Under the pieces are notes generated by a model. It was not told where the DNA came from, searched no databases, and saw nothing but the letters and a program-made list of their open reading frames with translations. Shown here in pieces: positions 49,616-62,920 of a DNA stretch of 64,000 bases. Each line of letters opens with the position of its first letter. Position 1 is the stretch's first letter. The DNA comes from Felis catus. Its lineage: Eukaryota. The translations under genes were made by a program, and so were the position numbers. The DNA is taken from the NCBI RefSeq assembly GCF_018350175.1, contig NC_058382.1, positions 52,392,001-52,456,000 on the forward strand, given 5' to 3'.

Positions 49616-51344
49616 ACTTATGTCTTCTCTTTGCTGTCAGTTAATGTCTGTGAAGCCTCTAAAACTGAATCCCATTTGAAGCTGTCTGTGACTGCTCTCT
49701 CCCTGGGAACAGCAGGAAGACAACCTTGAGAGTCTAAAGGCCAGAAGATCTGCCTTTAAGGAGCTGCCATCTATAGCCTTCAAGGTAAAGAAGGAAGATT
49801 TTGAAGAAAGACTTTGCCTGTGTTAATTGCAGTCTTGAGCCACTTTCAGCAGGGATGAGAAATTGCCTCTGGGCTGGTTCCACCCGTGAAGGTGATAGTA
49901 CATCAAAACTGTTTTGTTTTGTTTTCATTTTCAAATAGCAGTTGTTAGACCCCTAAAGATTAGGGTTTCTCAAATACTGATCAGAATAGGTGTTTAGGAA
50001 ATATTTGTTTAGAGGACAATGGCCTGTGATAGGCTTGCCCTCACACTGTCAGATGTCCTGAGGATGTGATGCCCATCTTTTATCCCAACATTCTGTAGAG
50101 GCCTCGAGGGATTCCCAGAAAGCCCAAGAGATTTCTGCATTGACAACAAGAAGTCCCAGACTGTCTGATTTTACCCCCTCCTCAGATCCTGTGGCATCAC
50201 CTTTGATTGGAGTGGGGCATTTGATTTTCTCCATTCCTTCCTCTAAGCCCTGAATTGGACAAATATCCAGTAAGCACCTACCATGCTCTTGGCACTAGTG
50301 TAGATCACGGCGCCATTTTGAAAGCGTAACCTGAATAATGGACAGCACACCGATAAAGCCACTGTCTGGTCTCGATTATTTTTAACACCATAAGGAAAAA
50401 CTTTATTAAATCCAATCACAGGAACTCCATTTACTTTTAACCCCACATGGCAAAGTTATCAATGTGGGATGCTTCTGAACTCACAGATGAAAAATGCCTA
50501 GATAAATACCGTAAGGGACATTTTTAAGCATGTAAAAAAATCAATTTTCATAAGGTTACATCTTTTTACCTCTTTATATAAAACATGCTATATTAAAAGA
50601 GAGATTAAATTTTACTCTGTGGAGTCAAATGCAAACACAAAATTATTTTTTCATTTTTCAGAGCATGTACTGGATTATCATTTATTTATGAGGCTTTTTT
50701 TAATCTAGAATATATGGAAATCTTTTCTTGAAGCACAATATAATATTGAATTGGGAATGTTGTCTGACAGTTTCTCTCTTACAGTTGCATAGAATGATTC
50801 TCCTGTATGAATTTTTAAAAGAAACTTCAATATACTCTGCATTTGAAAGGGAAGAAGTAATCGCCATAATCTTGAGGAATCTTTTAAATAGCCTCCATGC
50901 CACTTCTTCTGTATTTCCCCAACTTTGCTGCAACAAATAACGCTTCTCCGATTTTCCAGAACTCACAGAATGTCCGTTTTTCTTTCTTATACACAAAAGG
51001 TACACCCAGCAATGGAAGTTCTCCTCCCAAAGACAGTGTCATCAGTTCAGAATAGAGCCGTGATGTGATTTCTGTTTTTCCTTTTGCACCTTTTCCTTGC
51101 TTGGAGGCTCTGGGCTTGAAAGGGCACTTGTAGCCTTCATTCTCCACGAGGCACGTGTCTTTCCATTACAGGCCCTTCAAATCATGGGCCGAAGCCACAC
51201 AGCCATGAGATCAGGGACACAGAAAAATGCGGGTTTGGGCATCAGTGCTTTCTGAAGAATCCCTCTAAGGTCAGCCACTCTGAACCACCCTGCATCAACT
51301 CACTTTTATATGGCTTGATCATGTGTTTTTCATCCCATTCCTAC

Positions 51345-51655
51345 TTGGTGTTGTTGTTGCATAACACGCCACCCCGAAATGGAGTGATTCGTCTACAGAT
51401 TGCCTACGGCGGCCTGGCTTCACCAGTCTCCTTCTGGGATTCAGGCTGTACCTGGCGGGTTACAGTACGTACTCCCTGTGGTGGGAATTGGTAGGTGCCA
51501 GTGACTTGTTAGGGCTAGACTCAGGTCTGGATTCACATTTCTTTGGCCAAAGCCAGTTATGTGGCCAAGCTCAACGTCAGTTGGGAAATTTTACACCTTC
51601 CAGGGAGGTGTGAGGATGTCAAGTGAGTGTTTGCTAAGTAGACTTTCTACCTAGT
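51345..51655 (-). mobile_element. Degenerate MLT1 (H/I/J-like) LTR
   Basis: TTGCATAACA..CACATTTCTTTGGCCAAAGCCAGTTATGTGGCCAAGCTCAA. Confidence 0.6.
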
Positions 51656-51663
51656 CTTTGGCA

Positions 51664-51870
51664 TTTATTGGAGGTAGATATATATCTCTATATCTACATA
51701 GATATTGGAGATATATATAGATAGATAGATATCCATGTAGATATCTATACAGATATTGGAGATAGGTATTTATCTCTATATAGATATAAAGATAGAGATA
51801 CATATCTATCTCCAATAAAGATATATATATATCTAATATATATTTCTGTGTTTATATATGTATATTTTAA
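51664..51870. repeat. Degenerate (TA)/(TAGA) low-complexity tract with terminal inverted arms
   Basis: Repeated TATTGGAG/AGATA units; inverted 28-mers at 51664-51691 and 51792-51819. Confidence 0.9.
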
Positions 51871-52069
51871 GTATAAAGTATATTTTTATAAAGTTAAATA
51901 AAAACATATCAATAGCTTGTTCAGATTTTAGCCTCCTTCAGAACAGCACCTCTAGCATTTGCATTTGTCCCTTCTGTTGCATGAGTAAGGCGGCCCTGAC
52001 CCCTAGTTCATCATTCAGCTGGCTCACATTTCATCCAACCCCGGATTCCACCAAGAAGCATTGGGTCCA

Positions 52070-52205
52070 CAATTCTCAACTTTGGAGCCAGACCAGCTAG
52101 AGTTCAACTCCAAACTCCTACTTCCCAGCTCTGTGACCTTGGATAATTTACTTAACCTTTCTGAGTCTCAGTTACTAAATCATTTAAATGGTGATGGTTG
52201 TACCC
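52070..52205 (+). mobile_element. MIR 5' part
   Basis: TTTGGAGCCAGACCAG..CAGCTCTGTGACCTTGGATAATTTACTTAACCTTTCTGAGTCTCAGTT. Confidence 0.85.
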
Positions 52206-54416
52206 ACATCTATATCCTTTGCACCTGCATCGTGACATTTTGGCTCCTCCCCAACTAATAGCTCTAGAATGCTGTGTGCCGGTACGCTGTTTGACCGTAT
52301 CACCCGAGCAGTCTTGGAGAAGCTGCCACTTTGTGAAGAATCTGTTGCTAGGGAATGTCAATGGTATGACTTTCAATTTAGCACATGCACAAGCGACCTT
52401 GTTTGGGCTTGTGCCATTGGTAATTCAGTTTCGGGATTTTACTTTGACAGAACGTATTCAAATATGGTTTTTGCTGTCTATCAATTGTACCCTCACGGCC
52501 CCAGTTCTTTCAAACAACCAAGACTTGCTAATTAATATTTTCACAAGAACATTTGTCACATGGGTGAAAATTTCAAAAGAAAAAAGTATATGACCTTTGT
52601 TCTCCTAAATACTTTATAACGTAGTTGGGTCCACATCATTTTGACCACCTGGTCCAGAAAGTCCTTAGATACCATCTGACCTCAACCGAAGACAGTTGAG
52701 CTAGTTAATGCTTTGTGCCTTTTTGCCAGTTAAAAATAATCTCATACCGTTGAACTGGTCTTTTATCATTCGATGATATGGTGTATATATACACCAAATC
52801 CAAGTATATAGATAAGACTGATGGCTAGATAGGTAGAAAGATATATCTGTAGTTGTTATGAACAGTGCAAAAGAAATTCATTTCCAGCGATGGGTCATTT
52901 GGAAAAAGATCAATATGGTAGGTACATCAACATTATAAATAAATGAAAATGAATACAACCCCGTGGTTTTCTGAAAGCCTGGTTTTCTGTGTGGCCCCCA
53001 AGGATTGCATCTCTGACACCTGAAACACACATCATCTGTTACAGAATGCTTGTTTGTGAACAGGTTTGATGATGAGGGTACATCTCCGTAAGTGAATAGC
53101 ATTTGTAATGCTGTTACAGCTTTGTTGATTGGTAACATTCCTTGGGACATGTCTTGCTTTTCAGAAACCTATGCAACAAAAGAAGTAATAATAATGATGT
53201 TACATCATACCTCTTCTGCATTTTCTCTTTTGCTTTTTTCATAGTTTCAGTGTCTTCCTTTCTTTTCTCTTTTGTTAGCCACCCCATGCTCACTCTTCCG
53301 TTCTCAGTCCTGTTTTTCTCTCCGTTCCTATTTTTTGGAGCTGTTAAAAATCCATTTAATCATTTAGCAATAATTATGAAGCTCCTGCTCTGTGGCTGTT
53401 ACTTTATTAAGTACTAGGGATAAAAAAGACAGTTTTTGCCTTACAAGGCATTGTGAGAAATGGAATAATGTAATAATATATTTAAATCCCTTACAGTGAT
53501 ACCTGGAACATTATAGTGCTCAAATATGGTTGAAGTTTCGCTTCGGCTTGAAATTAGACTCCCTTGAAGACTTCCTGAGACCCAAGGAAAGTGTCCTCAT
53601 TTCACTGCAAACCATAGGCTTCATTTCTCAATATTCAAACCACAGGGCTTGTAAAATACTCTTCCAAATCATGCCCAGTGTTTAAGGCATAATGGCTCCC
53701 AAAAGTTTGCTCTTCTGGGTGTGCATGCATGCTTTCTCCTGCAGCCCACAAGTTCTATGAAAAAAAGGGCTCCAATTACTGTTTTCTTTGCCCACAAAGG
53801 ATTCCATTCAGTGCTGATCACCAATTACAGATTGAGGGGCTCTGTGGTCCCAAATAAACAACACCTCCTCAGAGCCCAGTTGGCCAGTCAGACACAAGGT
53901 GTCCTGACTAATGGCCAAGGTGGTGGCCAGTGGTCCTACCCCAGACAGATGACCAAATGGAAGACTTAAAGAAATGGCACAGAAATAATTTCTTTAGCAT
54001 AAGTGCACTTTTCTACAATATTAACTTTATAATCCAAAAGCTCTGGTATTAGTGAATTACAGAAGCAACTTGTGACATTATCTGATTTGCAGAGTATTTG
54101 AAGAATTTAAAGTTCAGCTCCGTGGCGACAGTGGGGAGGAAATGGGGAGTTAGAGCATTCTTCCGTGAAGAGTTTTTCTAATTATTATTCATTTCATAAT
54201 GCCATTTATTAGGCCTTCATTAGAATGAATTTTTCTCTTAACACCACCCCAAAGATGCCTTGTAATTTCCTATGGTCATACCTGCCAACCCAGGTGGTAA
54301 TTCCTGATCTTAAGTCTGGTGCAGTAGATGTTGAAAGGATATGTGTTAACTTCTTATATGAGTTTAATCATATGAAAATGAGGTACTGCCTATATTAGAG
54401 TTGATTTCATGCTTAA

Positions 54417-54452
<36 letters not shown>

Positions 54453-57400
54453 GTTTAAAAGCTTTCTTGGCCATTTTCTGTTTTTAATTGCTGTTGTATA
54501 TCCTTAATGCACAGGATATGGTTAGGACAAGTATTTAAAAAATATTTACTATTCTGATGTTATAAAGAAGAAAGTTACATATGGTCATTTGAACTAATTG
54601 CTAAAATGACACTACATTAATTAGATAATTAAGGGTCTTGAGCATGTGGCTATTGTATTCATTGGGCTGGAAGCCAACGTTTTCTATAGCTGAGAAAATG
54701 GGTTAGCATAATTCAAAATTCAATTGCTGTACCCTTTTTCATATGAATAGATAATACAGAATGAGTCTTAAATCTGGATTGGAAAAACTAACAGGAACTG
54801 GTTTTATTTTAATTGAGTTTTAAAGCACTTCTAGGCCTTCTCATTGTCTTTATAGTTTAACCCTTTATGGTTGTGACCGCCTGCCTTTTAAGTCTTGCCG
54901 CTGAACACGTTCATGGTAATGATCTTTCTATATTTATTGTGAACCCCTAAGGATATGTTCTTCACCAATAAATGCCTTGAGACATGAAACCAACGTCTTT
55001 TTGGCCTCTGCCCCCTCCTCGCTGAGAATAAATGCTGCCCATGGTTTGAAGTCCTTTATAACAGTACATTTTCTAGGAACCTTAACTTATCAAGGTTATT
55101 TGTCAGGAAAATTATCTCTTGTAACACCAGGTTCCCTACCTTCAGATGACAGGACTTAATACAAAAGTTTTCCCCATCCCAACTAGTGGTGTAAGTTGAT
55201 TTCATATCCTTTTATTTTATAAAGTTTTGCTTATCAGGTTTGTCACCCTCTATTTGAAATTAAAATGTGTGGTCTCCCGGTGACCTTAAAGCAACTGACC
55301 CCCAAATCTAATCACTCCCAGCGTCTGTGAAAATCGACAAATATGTCAGGTATAACTCGTGGCATCAAAACATTGTTTTAAATATTTCATTTGTAGGCAA
55401 GGCGAGGATCATTTTCAGGTTAGTCCTCTGAGAAGGATCGCTGGGCGCATGAACACCTTTGGTTTCTCTGCTCTCTAATCGACAGTCATTATCAACGGGT
55501 TGTATGAGCAGAAAATGTGCAGTTATGTGTTCTGCACGAGTGAATTATTGATTGGATTTATGGCCAGAAGAATGTTCCTAAGTGGTCAATACATGGCCAC
55601 ACTATGTCAGGTGAAGGTAAAAAGAAAGTAAAGAAAGTGAGATCTATACTTTTGATAGCAGTTGCTGTTGGGTTATGTTACATTTGTCGTTTGAGGTTAC
55701 CATTGGATGGAGATGAAAATGTTAATTACGTTAATGGAGATGAAAATAGGGTGTCCAGCAGACGCCTTACAAATAGGGAGTGTCAGTGTTTGCATGTTGG
55801 GATTTTTTTGGTCAAAAATTGTATACTTACATAAGCTGACATCGACTGGCTTGCCAAAATTGTTTTGGGTGTGTAAGGGCAGTTAAAAAAATGTGGACGG
55901 GTTTATGAAAAACTGCATGCAATCCTTCTGTTTCTCATTATTTATTGACCAATGACAATGTCACAAAAATATCATTAGTCCATTGGTCGTTGATGAGTGC
56001 AACTTCAGCTGATACATGTATCTCTGCTACGTCACTTCTACTAGATGACTAAGGACCCCTGCTTACTAGTGAACTTGTTGCTATACGAAGTTATAGTTAC
56101 TGGAAATGTCTTCATCGAGATCAGCCAAACTGGCTCCCCACTGGTTGCACCTGTGGATCCTTCTGCCCCTGATCGTAGGATGTCCTGGCGACCCCTTATT
56201 TGGTGGGTCATTTATGAGTGGCTGTTCCACTGATGCCGAATGGGAACCTACCATGCAGAGAGCTCGACTAGTGCTGAGAATATGGAGGTGATGAAGAGGA
56301 AGACGTTGCCATTGACAGGGCACGGGCTCAAGTACAGGTGCTTTGCGTGCTGTCCAGTACACGGCTAACCTACGTAAGGCCAGCTTTAGGCAAGGTGAAC
56401 AGGGGATCACACCTTACTAGTGATGGTCTCCATTCCCCGCACTAAGCGGGGACCTCAAAAAAAGGCGGGAATCTTCTGTTCTGGAAGTCTTTGTCCCTGT
56501 GAGCCTCTTGGTTGGGGCGTCCTGTAATGTGAAGTGTTCAAAGCTGCGTGTTCTCTAATCACCTGGGCTTATACACCCAGGCAGCTGTTTAACCTGGCAG
56601 TTCAACCAAAGGAAGGGGGCCATACATGTGCTCTAGCAACAATTGGCTCTGTTGGTCCTCTTAAGCCAGCCGGAGGAATTTGTGGCGTTTCAAGAGTAAT
56701 TCTGACAATATTCAGGTTTGCTTTATGGCCCCACTCGTGAGTGTAAGGCGAGACGTCACCCCTACCATCTACAAAGGGATTCAGAGTCACAATGAATCCA
56801 TTAAGAGGAGTTTCATTTTCATTTTCTCTGAAGCAGAATCCCTGGTCATAAAATGGAATATGGATCGTAGGTTTTGTGGGGAAAGGCACTTGGCTGCAGT
56901 TCCTTCCTTGAAACGAGGCCTAGAAATACCAGCGTCCCGTGCTTGTCGTCCCAAGCTGCAACTGAGTCACTGATAGCATAATGATAATGTGAGTCCCTTC
57001 AGTGTCAGAGCACCTGGCGGCAGTGGGTGGTCTGGCCCAGGAGCAGATGCCCTGATGTGGTGTTGGTAATCCTGAGGTTTTTGAGTTAAGTGCTTTTGAC
57101 ATGCAGAATCAAGAGTCAAGGGCGAAGCTGCCTTTTAAATGCTCTCTCTGAAGCGTCCACCTGCAGATGTAATTGAGCCTCTCAGGTGAAGAGCTTTATT
57201 AGAGCAAAGCTGGTTAGTGTTGCATACCTATTGGAGGGAATATTTTAGGCATCTTCAATAACTGCCATGTGACATTGCTGAAGGTCCCGAGCCTTCCTGT
57301 CCTCCCAACAGTTCAAGAAGAAAAATGCTATGGCGGACGTGTTGCCTAAGCTTCGCCTTTCACTGTGGTCCAAAGCAACCCTTCCCTTCATAGTCATAGT

Positions 57401-57912
57401 TTCCCATTATAAAGGTAGTTGTGTGATTATTGTACGTCTTCCACACCAGGCTGTAAGATCCATGAGGCCCGGGACCATGTCCTTCTTGTTCCTTTCTGTT
57501 TACCTAACAGTAACACAAGGCCCAATATAATTACCATCATCACCTTGATCATCGTCACCGCCATAGCTGGTATTTATCACCATATAGAGTGCATCAGGCA
57601 CCATCAGAAGGGCTTTATGGGTATTGTTCTCTACCCTGGAGCCAAAAATTAAAAGCAAATTGGCCAAGAGGAAAGAACATGGATTTTGGATACCAAACCC
57701 TTGAATCCATGATCCCAAAATGTTGATTTCCAACCTCTGGATTTTGCCTCAGGACCAGGTCACTTAATCCCTGTATGCTTACATTTCCTCATCAGTACAA
57801 CTGGAAGAATAACCCCCATCTTCCAAGTTTGCAGTGAGAATTAAGCACGGAAGTTGCTCTGAGCCTTGCGTACAATGGACGCCCAAAACAAGCGAGCAGA
57901 GGTGCTGTTTTT

Positions 57913-58128
57913 TATTATTTTTTTAAATGTTTTTTATTTATTTTTGAGAGAGAGAAACCGTATGTGTGGGGGGAACGGCAGAGAGAGACGGAGACACAGA
58001 ATCCAAAGCAAGCTCCAGGCTCTGAGCTGCCAGCACAGAGCCCAGCGCAGGGCTTGAACCCACGAACTATGAGATCGTGGCCTGAGCTAAAGTCGGATGC
58101 TCAACCGACTGAGCCACCCAGGCGCCTT
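57913..58128 (-). mobile_element. Can-SINE with TSD GAGGTGCT(G/A)TTTTT
   Basis: SINE body; one-mismatch duplication starting at 57899 and 58129. Confidence 0.95.
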
Positions 58129-58184
58129 GAGGTGCTATTTTTATACATGTTATGGAGTCTGAGAGTCAGGCTGAGAGTCTTGTG

Positions 58185-58455
58185 AAGGAAGCTAGGGTAC
58201 GCACTATGATTCCGTTTATGTAAAAGTCAAAAGGTTAGGAGTTCTCCATGTGAGAGAAGTCAGACTAGGGGTTACGTCTGCAAAGGGCATCGTTCTTGAA
58301 GGGGACGGAAGGTGCCTTCTGGTGTTCTGGAACTGTCGTCTCCATTGATCTGGCAATATACTCGCATGGGTGTGGACATGTGTGAGAGCTTACCAAGCCG
58401 TACCCTTGGTGTCCATACCCAGCAGTGTGGGTAAGCAGTACCTCAAAAGAAATAA
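58185..58455 (+). mobile_element. L1M 3' end fragment
   Basis: TATGATTCCGTTTATGTAAAAGTCAAAA..TTCTGGTGTTCTGGAACTGT..TTGATCTGG..TACCTCAA. Confidence 0.7.
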
Positions 58456-59497
58456 TTTGAGAGAATGTTCCATTAATTGAGAGAGTTTTCTTCCATCCTC
58501 AGTCAAAGCTCAAAGCAGGTGCCTGGAGCCCGGGTGGTGAAGGTGGAGGAAGGCCGAGGTAACTACAAGGTCTGCTTCTGGATTTTGCTGCGGCCTATTC
58601 GAAGGCAGCTATGGATGCATCAGTCAAAATCCAAACCTAAAAAGAAATTCGTGAGCCATGTCCCTGTGAACTAAATATAGCATCAGATTTATAATGTTGT
58701 GGTTCTGACCACCCCCAGGCTATTTCTGACCACAGGGGCAGCTTAAACGGTGTGGCCCATAAAAAGTCATCTGCAGGCTCAGGCCAAGTGTTGGTCTATT
58801 TAGGGCCAGGAGGAGACCAAGCCTTGGCAGCAGATCTCCCCAGGGTAGGATCCTAAGCCGAATGGAGATTGTTGCCACAGCTGCTGGCCAGGAACCTGGC
58901 GATTCCTTAGCATTCTGTCTTTGGGGACCAGCTTTGTAGAGGTGGGGCTTATTCACGCTGCTCCCCAAGGAGCCCACTGAGGGGCTCCTGGCTGCTCTTT
59001 TCCTGGCCAGGGGGACTTGGCGTTAAGTCAGATGAGCCCCGGGCTCCCAGAAAGCTCCCTGTTTCCTGTATTGCCCACTTTTCTTTGCCACGGCGATCCC
59101 ACCGCAACTCCTTGACTTGACTTACCTAGCACCCTCTTACAAGGTGCTTTTTTTGGCCTGGGTCAGTCTTGGCTTCCTCCCCAGAAGCCTGGTTCCTCTC
59201 TCTCTCCCTCTTTTCCCCCTCCCAGACAAAGGCACACTTCCGGTTATGATACAGCTTGGTCTGATTGCGTCGGCCCTGCCCTGTGGTGCACCTCTGGGGC
59301 CTCCTGTCCCGTGCTTTCATGCAGGCTAAAGGTTTTCCTTGCTCTCCAGAGATTTGATTCCAGGCCCACCTATGAAATAATTGCTCTAGGTAACCAGAGG
59401 CAAGATAAAGCTCTCTGGGCTTCCACTTTCCTTATTTGTAAAACAGAGAGGCAAGACTAGCTTTCTTTCTAATTTTGCTTTTCTGGTTGAATACTAT

Positions 59498-60342
59498 TGT
59501 GACGTGATAAGAAATACGCATATTGGTCTCTATTTCTGGCTGCTCCTAATATTTTCAGTCTTTGGCCCTGGTTGCTGATGCAGAGCTCCTCAAACTCTTG
59601 CTGATTTCCTGGGTGAGAGGCGTTTCTTTTGTCCTAATGAAGCAACTGGTGGCAGGATCCTGGATGGAGGCTGGTCACCCAAAAGACCAAGCCGGGAGTA
59701 GAGGCTTGGGAGCTTCACCCCCACCTCCCCTGCTCTGGAGGGGGAGAGTAGCTAGAAACTGAATTAATAGTCGATCATGTATACACAGCGAAACGCCCAT
59801 AAAAAGCCCTGAGGTGTAGGGTTCTGCGAGCCTCTGGATGGGTGAACACATCCATGAGCTGGGAGGGTGGCCCATCCTACTCCACAGGGACAGGAACTTC
59901 TGTGCTGGGAAACCTTCTACACCCTATACTGTGTATCCCTTCATCTGGGTCTTTGTTTATAACCTTTAAAGTAGCCTTTGGAGGAGGTCGGCAGCCATAA
60001 GGAAACTGTTCGTCTAGGTCATGTGAGCCCGCTGCAGCAAATTATGGAGCTTTGAGGGCAGGTGGCGGGTCCTTCAATGTGCATCTAAGTCTGGACGGAA
60101 TAGACTGGGTAACCTGGGGCCTCAAACTTGAGATGGCCATCTGTAGTGGGGGCAGTCTTGTGGTCCTGAGCCCTAGCCCGTGGGGTCTGTGCGAACTCTA
60201 CTCGGTATCAGGAGTAAATTGAATTGCAGGACAGCCAGCTGGTGTCGGAGAATTGGTCCTTGTGGGGAAGAAACCCCACACGTCTGGTGTCTGAAATATT
60301 ATGGGTGAGATTAAAGGCAAAACAGTGAGTCTTCCCCATACA
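59498..60342 (+). mobile_element. MER21-like (ERVL) solo LTR, about 845 bp
   Basis: TG...CA termini with ACTAT/ACGAT near-TSD; GGCTGGTCACC..AAAGACCAAG, GGTGAACACATCCATG..GCTGGGAGGGTGG, GGGGGCAGTCTTGTGG..CTGAGCCCT, AAACCCCACAC. Confidence 0.85.
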
Positions 60343-60344
60343 AC

Positions 60345-60780
60345 GATTTATCATGTTTAATACCTACCATGTGCCACTGACAGCATTAGATGCTTCTTTA
60401 CTCATTATCTAATTTAATTCCCCAACCACACTCTAACATAACTTATTCTTTCCATTTTAGAAATGAGAAAATAGTGAGTCAGAAAGATTAAGTAACTCGT
60501 TCAAGGTGACCGCGGCAGAAGTTTGATATTAGGAATAAGTAACATTTATTGAGTGCCTTTTGTATGTTGGAGACTGTGGTAAACCTTTCATACAGATAAT
60601 CTCATTTCCTCTTTACCACAACCCTAGGATAGAGATGCCAATACCTTCTCTTTGACATAGATAAATTTCAATTTTGAAAGGTTAAGTAATGTGCCCAAGG
60701 GCATCTATCTATAACTGTGGGGCCTTACTTACAGACTCAGGTTTGTGTGAGTCTGAGATTCATGCCACTTCTCTTATATA
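60345..60780 (-). mobile_element. Two adjacent MIR copies
   Basis: TCCATTTTAGAAATGAGAAAA..AGATTAAGTAACT and AACATTTATTGAGTGCC..AGGTTAAGTAATGTGCCCAAGG. Confidence 0.75.
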
Positions 60781-62361
60781 TGACATTGCATCCCTTCACA
60801 CCCTCGATGGGGAACCCTTGTCCCCTTTTTTAAGCCTAAAAGATATTATCCATGATTCCACAGCATCCGGATTTGAAAATCTCTATTAACTCTTGGAGAA
60901 ATCTAGCTATTTGATAATGGCATGATATACTGAGTATTGTTTTTAAAATTTGTATAACATTTCAAGAAACCAACAGAATGAAAGATCACTTTCTAATGAA
61001 GAATTAAAAGAAATCCAGCAACTCTCTGTCAGACCTTTATCATCATCCCATTCATAATTGATTCCAAAGTTGCATGAATCTTTCAAGATAAGTGTCTTAT
61101 TGATTATCCTGAGAACAAGGGATCACCTGCCACTGCCCTCCCCTGATTACCGTAAACAGAGATGTTGATCAGAAGAAACGTCATTTTCTTTGGCGTTGGA
61201 CCCATGGGGCATTCTGACGCAATGGTGTGGGGAGTAAAGGAACCATGACCCAGATCTACAGGTGCTTCATCATGGCCATCGTCTTGTTTTGGAGGAACTG
61301 GAGACAGATGTCCATTGGTTAGCCAACGCAGCCTTGACCTGTTTTATACCCTTGTGCTGCGAGACTTCTTCCTGGTAAAGATGCAGCGTGGCCCATTGAA
61401 TGCCAATTCATGGCTGCCAGGAAACATTAAGTCTCTCAAGCGATATCCTTTTTCTGATGTGTTTACTGGTGGTTATGTAAATCAAGTGGACCTTGATCTT
61501 GGAAAGGATCAGAGTGTTTACAAGGGACTCTACAGTTTCTTCTCTTGCTATAATTAGGGAAAATACCAATATAGCCCTGCGGTGACATTCGGCATTTAAT
61601 GTCTGCTTCCTGTGTGGCCAGGATTGCACCCCTCCGTGGAGCTGACCCTTGTTTGCGCTGCTGCTGAGCCTGGCACGCGTGTGGGGAGGGCCAGTATTGG
61701 CAAGGGAAGTGGCAGGGTTTTCCCTGGTGGCTTGATTACTCCTCCTGAAGCCCTTGAAATACTCTCCAGGTGGCAGTAGCTCCAGACTCAAACAGGTAGT
61801 GGCATTTGGACAGAAGGGGACCTGACTCATGGTTTTTAGGTAGAAATAATGAAGATTCAGGCCACTGTATTAAATTAGCAGCCTGATTTCCCAAGGCTGC
61901 CATTGGTGAAATGCTTAGTTGACATCCTGGGGGATGGGATGGGGCTACTCTGTTCCCAAATGAGCCTTGCTCTTAGGAAACTCTTGCCCAGCAGCAAAAT
62001 CCACCCTTTCTTCGGCTATGAAACTTACTTGTGAAGTGGCCTTGTGACTTGCTTGAAGCAGGTCATGAGCAGGAGGGACATTCTCATCACTAGAATCATG
62101 GAATATACAAAAGCCACTTGCAGCACCATTTGTTCATTATTTCTAGATGAGGACATGGAGGTACAGAGGAGGTTGAGGTCATTCTCTCTTCTGGGCCATT
62201 GTCTAGTGTTCATTCCTGCTGAGGTGTCCTGGGTGCCGCTTAACGCCTTTACCACCTTATTCATTTAATACCAACTGATTGAGCACCTACTGGGTACCAG
62301 AGATGCTGGGGATAAAGAGGTAAATCCAGAATGGTCCATGCGGAGAAGCACAGGTTTCCTT

Positions 62362-62429
62362 GTGGTGGTTGTGGTGGTGGTGGTGGTGGTGGTGGTGGTG
62401 GTGGTGGAGGAGGAGGAGGAGGAGGAGGA
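62362..62429. repeat. Compound (GGT)n(GGA)n trinucleotide repeat
   Basis: About 12 GTG units followed directly by about 7 GAG units. Confidence 0.97.
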
Positions 62430-62557
62430 AGAGAACCTTGGTTTTCTCAGCAAGAAATGGCTCCTTCCTCCCTTGTCTGTCATCTGTGCTGTTTAGTAGC
62501 CATTCTGCAGCGCCTCTTTCTGGGAACATGGCCACCATATTGAGACATTTATTTCCT

Positions 62558-62920
62558 CTGACTCAGTGGTATTCCAGAGACTCAACCGATAGGATGTCGG
62601 TAGATGGATAGACAGATGATGAACACATAGAACGGGAATTGGCTCACACAGTTGTAGAGGCTGACAAGTCCCACAGTCTGCCCTCTGCAAGCTGGAGAAA
62701 CAGGAAAGACTGTGGTGTGGTTCAGTCTGAGTCCAAAGGCCCGAGAACCAAGAGGGGCAGTGGGGTAAGTCCGAAGCTAGAGGCCTGAGAATAAGGAGCT
62801 TTGAGGTCTGAGGAGAAGAGAAGATGGATGTACCAGCTCAACAAGAGACAGCAAACACCCTCCTTTCTTTGCCTTTTTGCTCTACTGGGCCCCTCAACAC
62901 ATGGATTCTCCAGTGCCTCC
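62558..62920 (-). mobile_element. MLT2 (ERVL) LTR
   Basis: GGAATTGGCTCACAC..GAGGCTGACAAGTCCCACAGTCTGCCCTCTGCAAGCTGGAGA..TTCAGTCTGAGTCCAAAGGCC..GAAGATGGATGT. Confidence 0.88.

Noticed and set aside
50700..51147. Overlapping ORFs considered as a processed pseudogene
   Set aside because: No recognisable protein, poly-A tail or TSD
62265..62611. Poly-His, poly-Gly, poly-Thr and poly-Trp ORFs
   Set aside because: Products of the (GGT)n(GGA)n microsatellite
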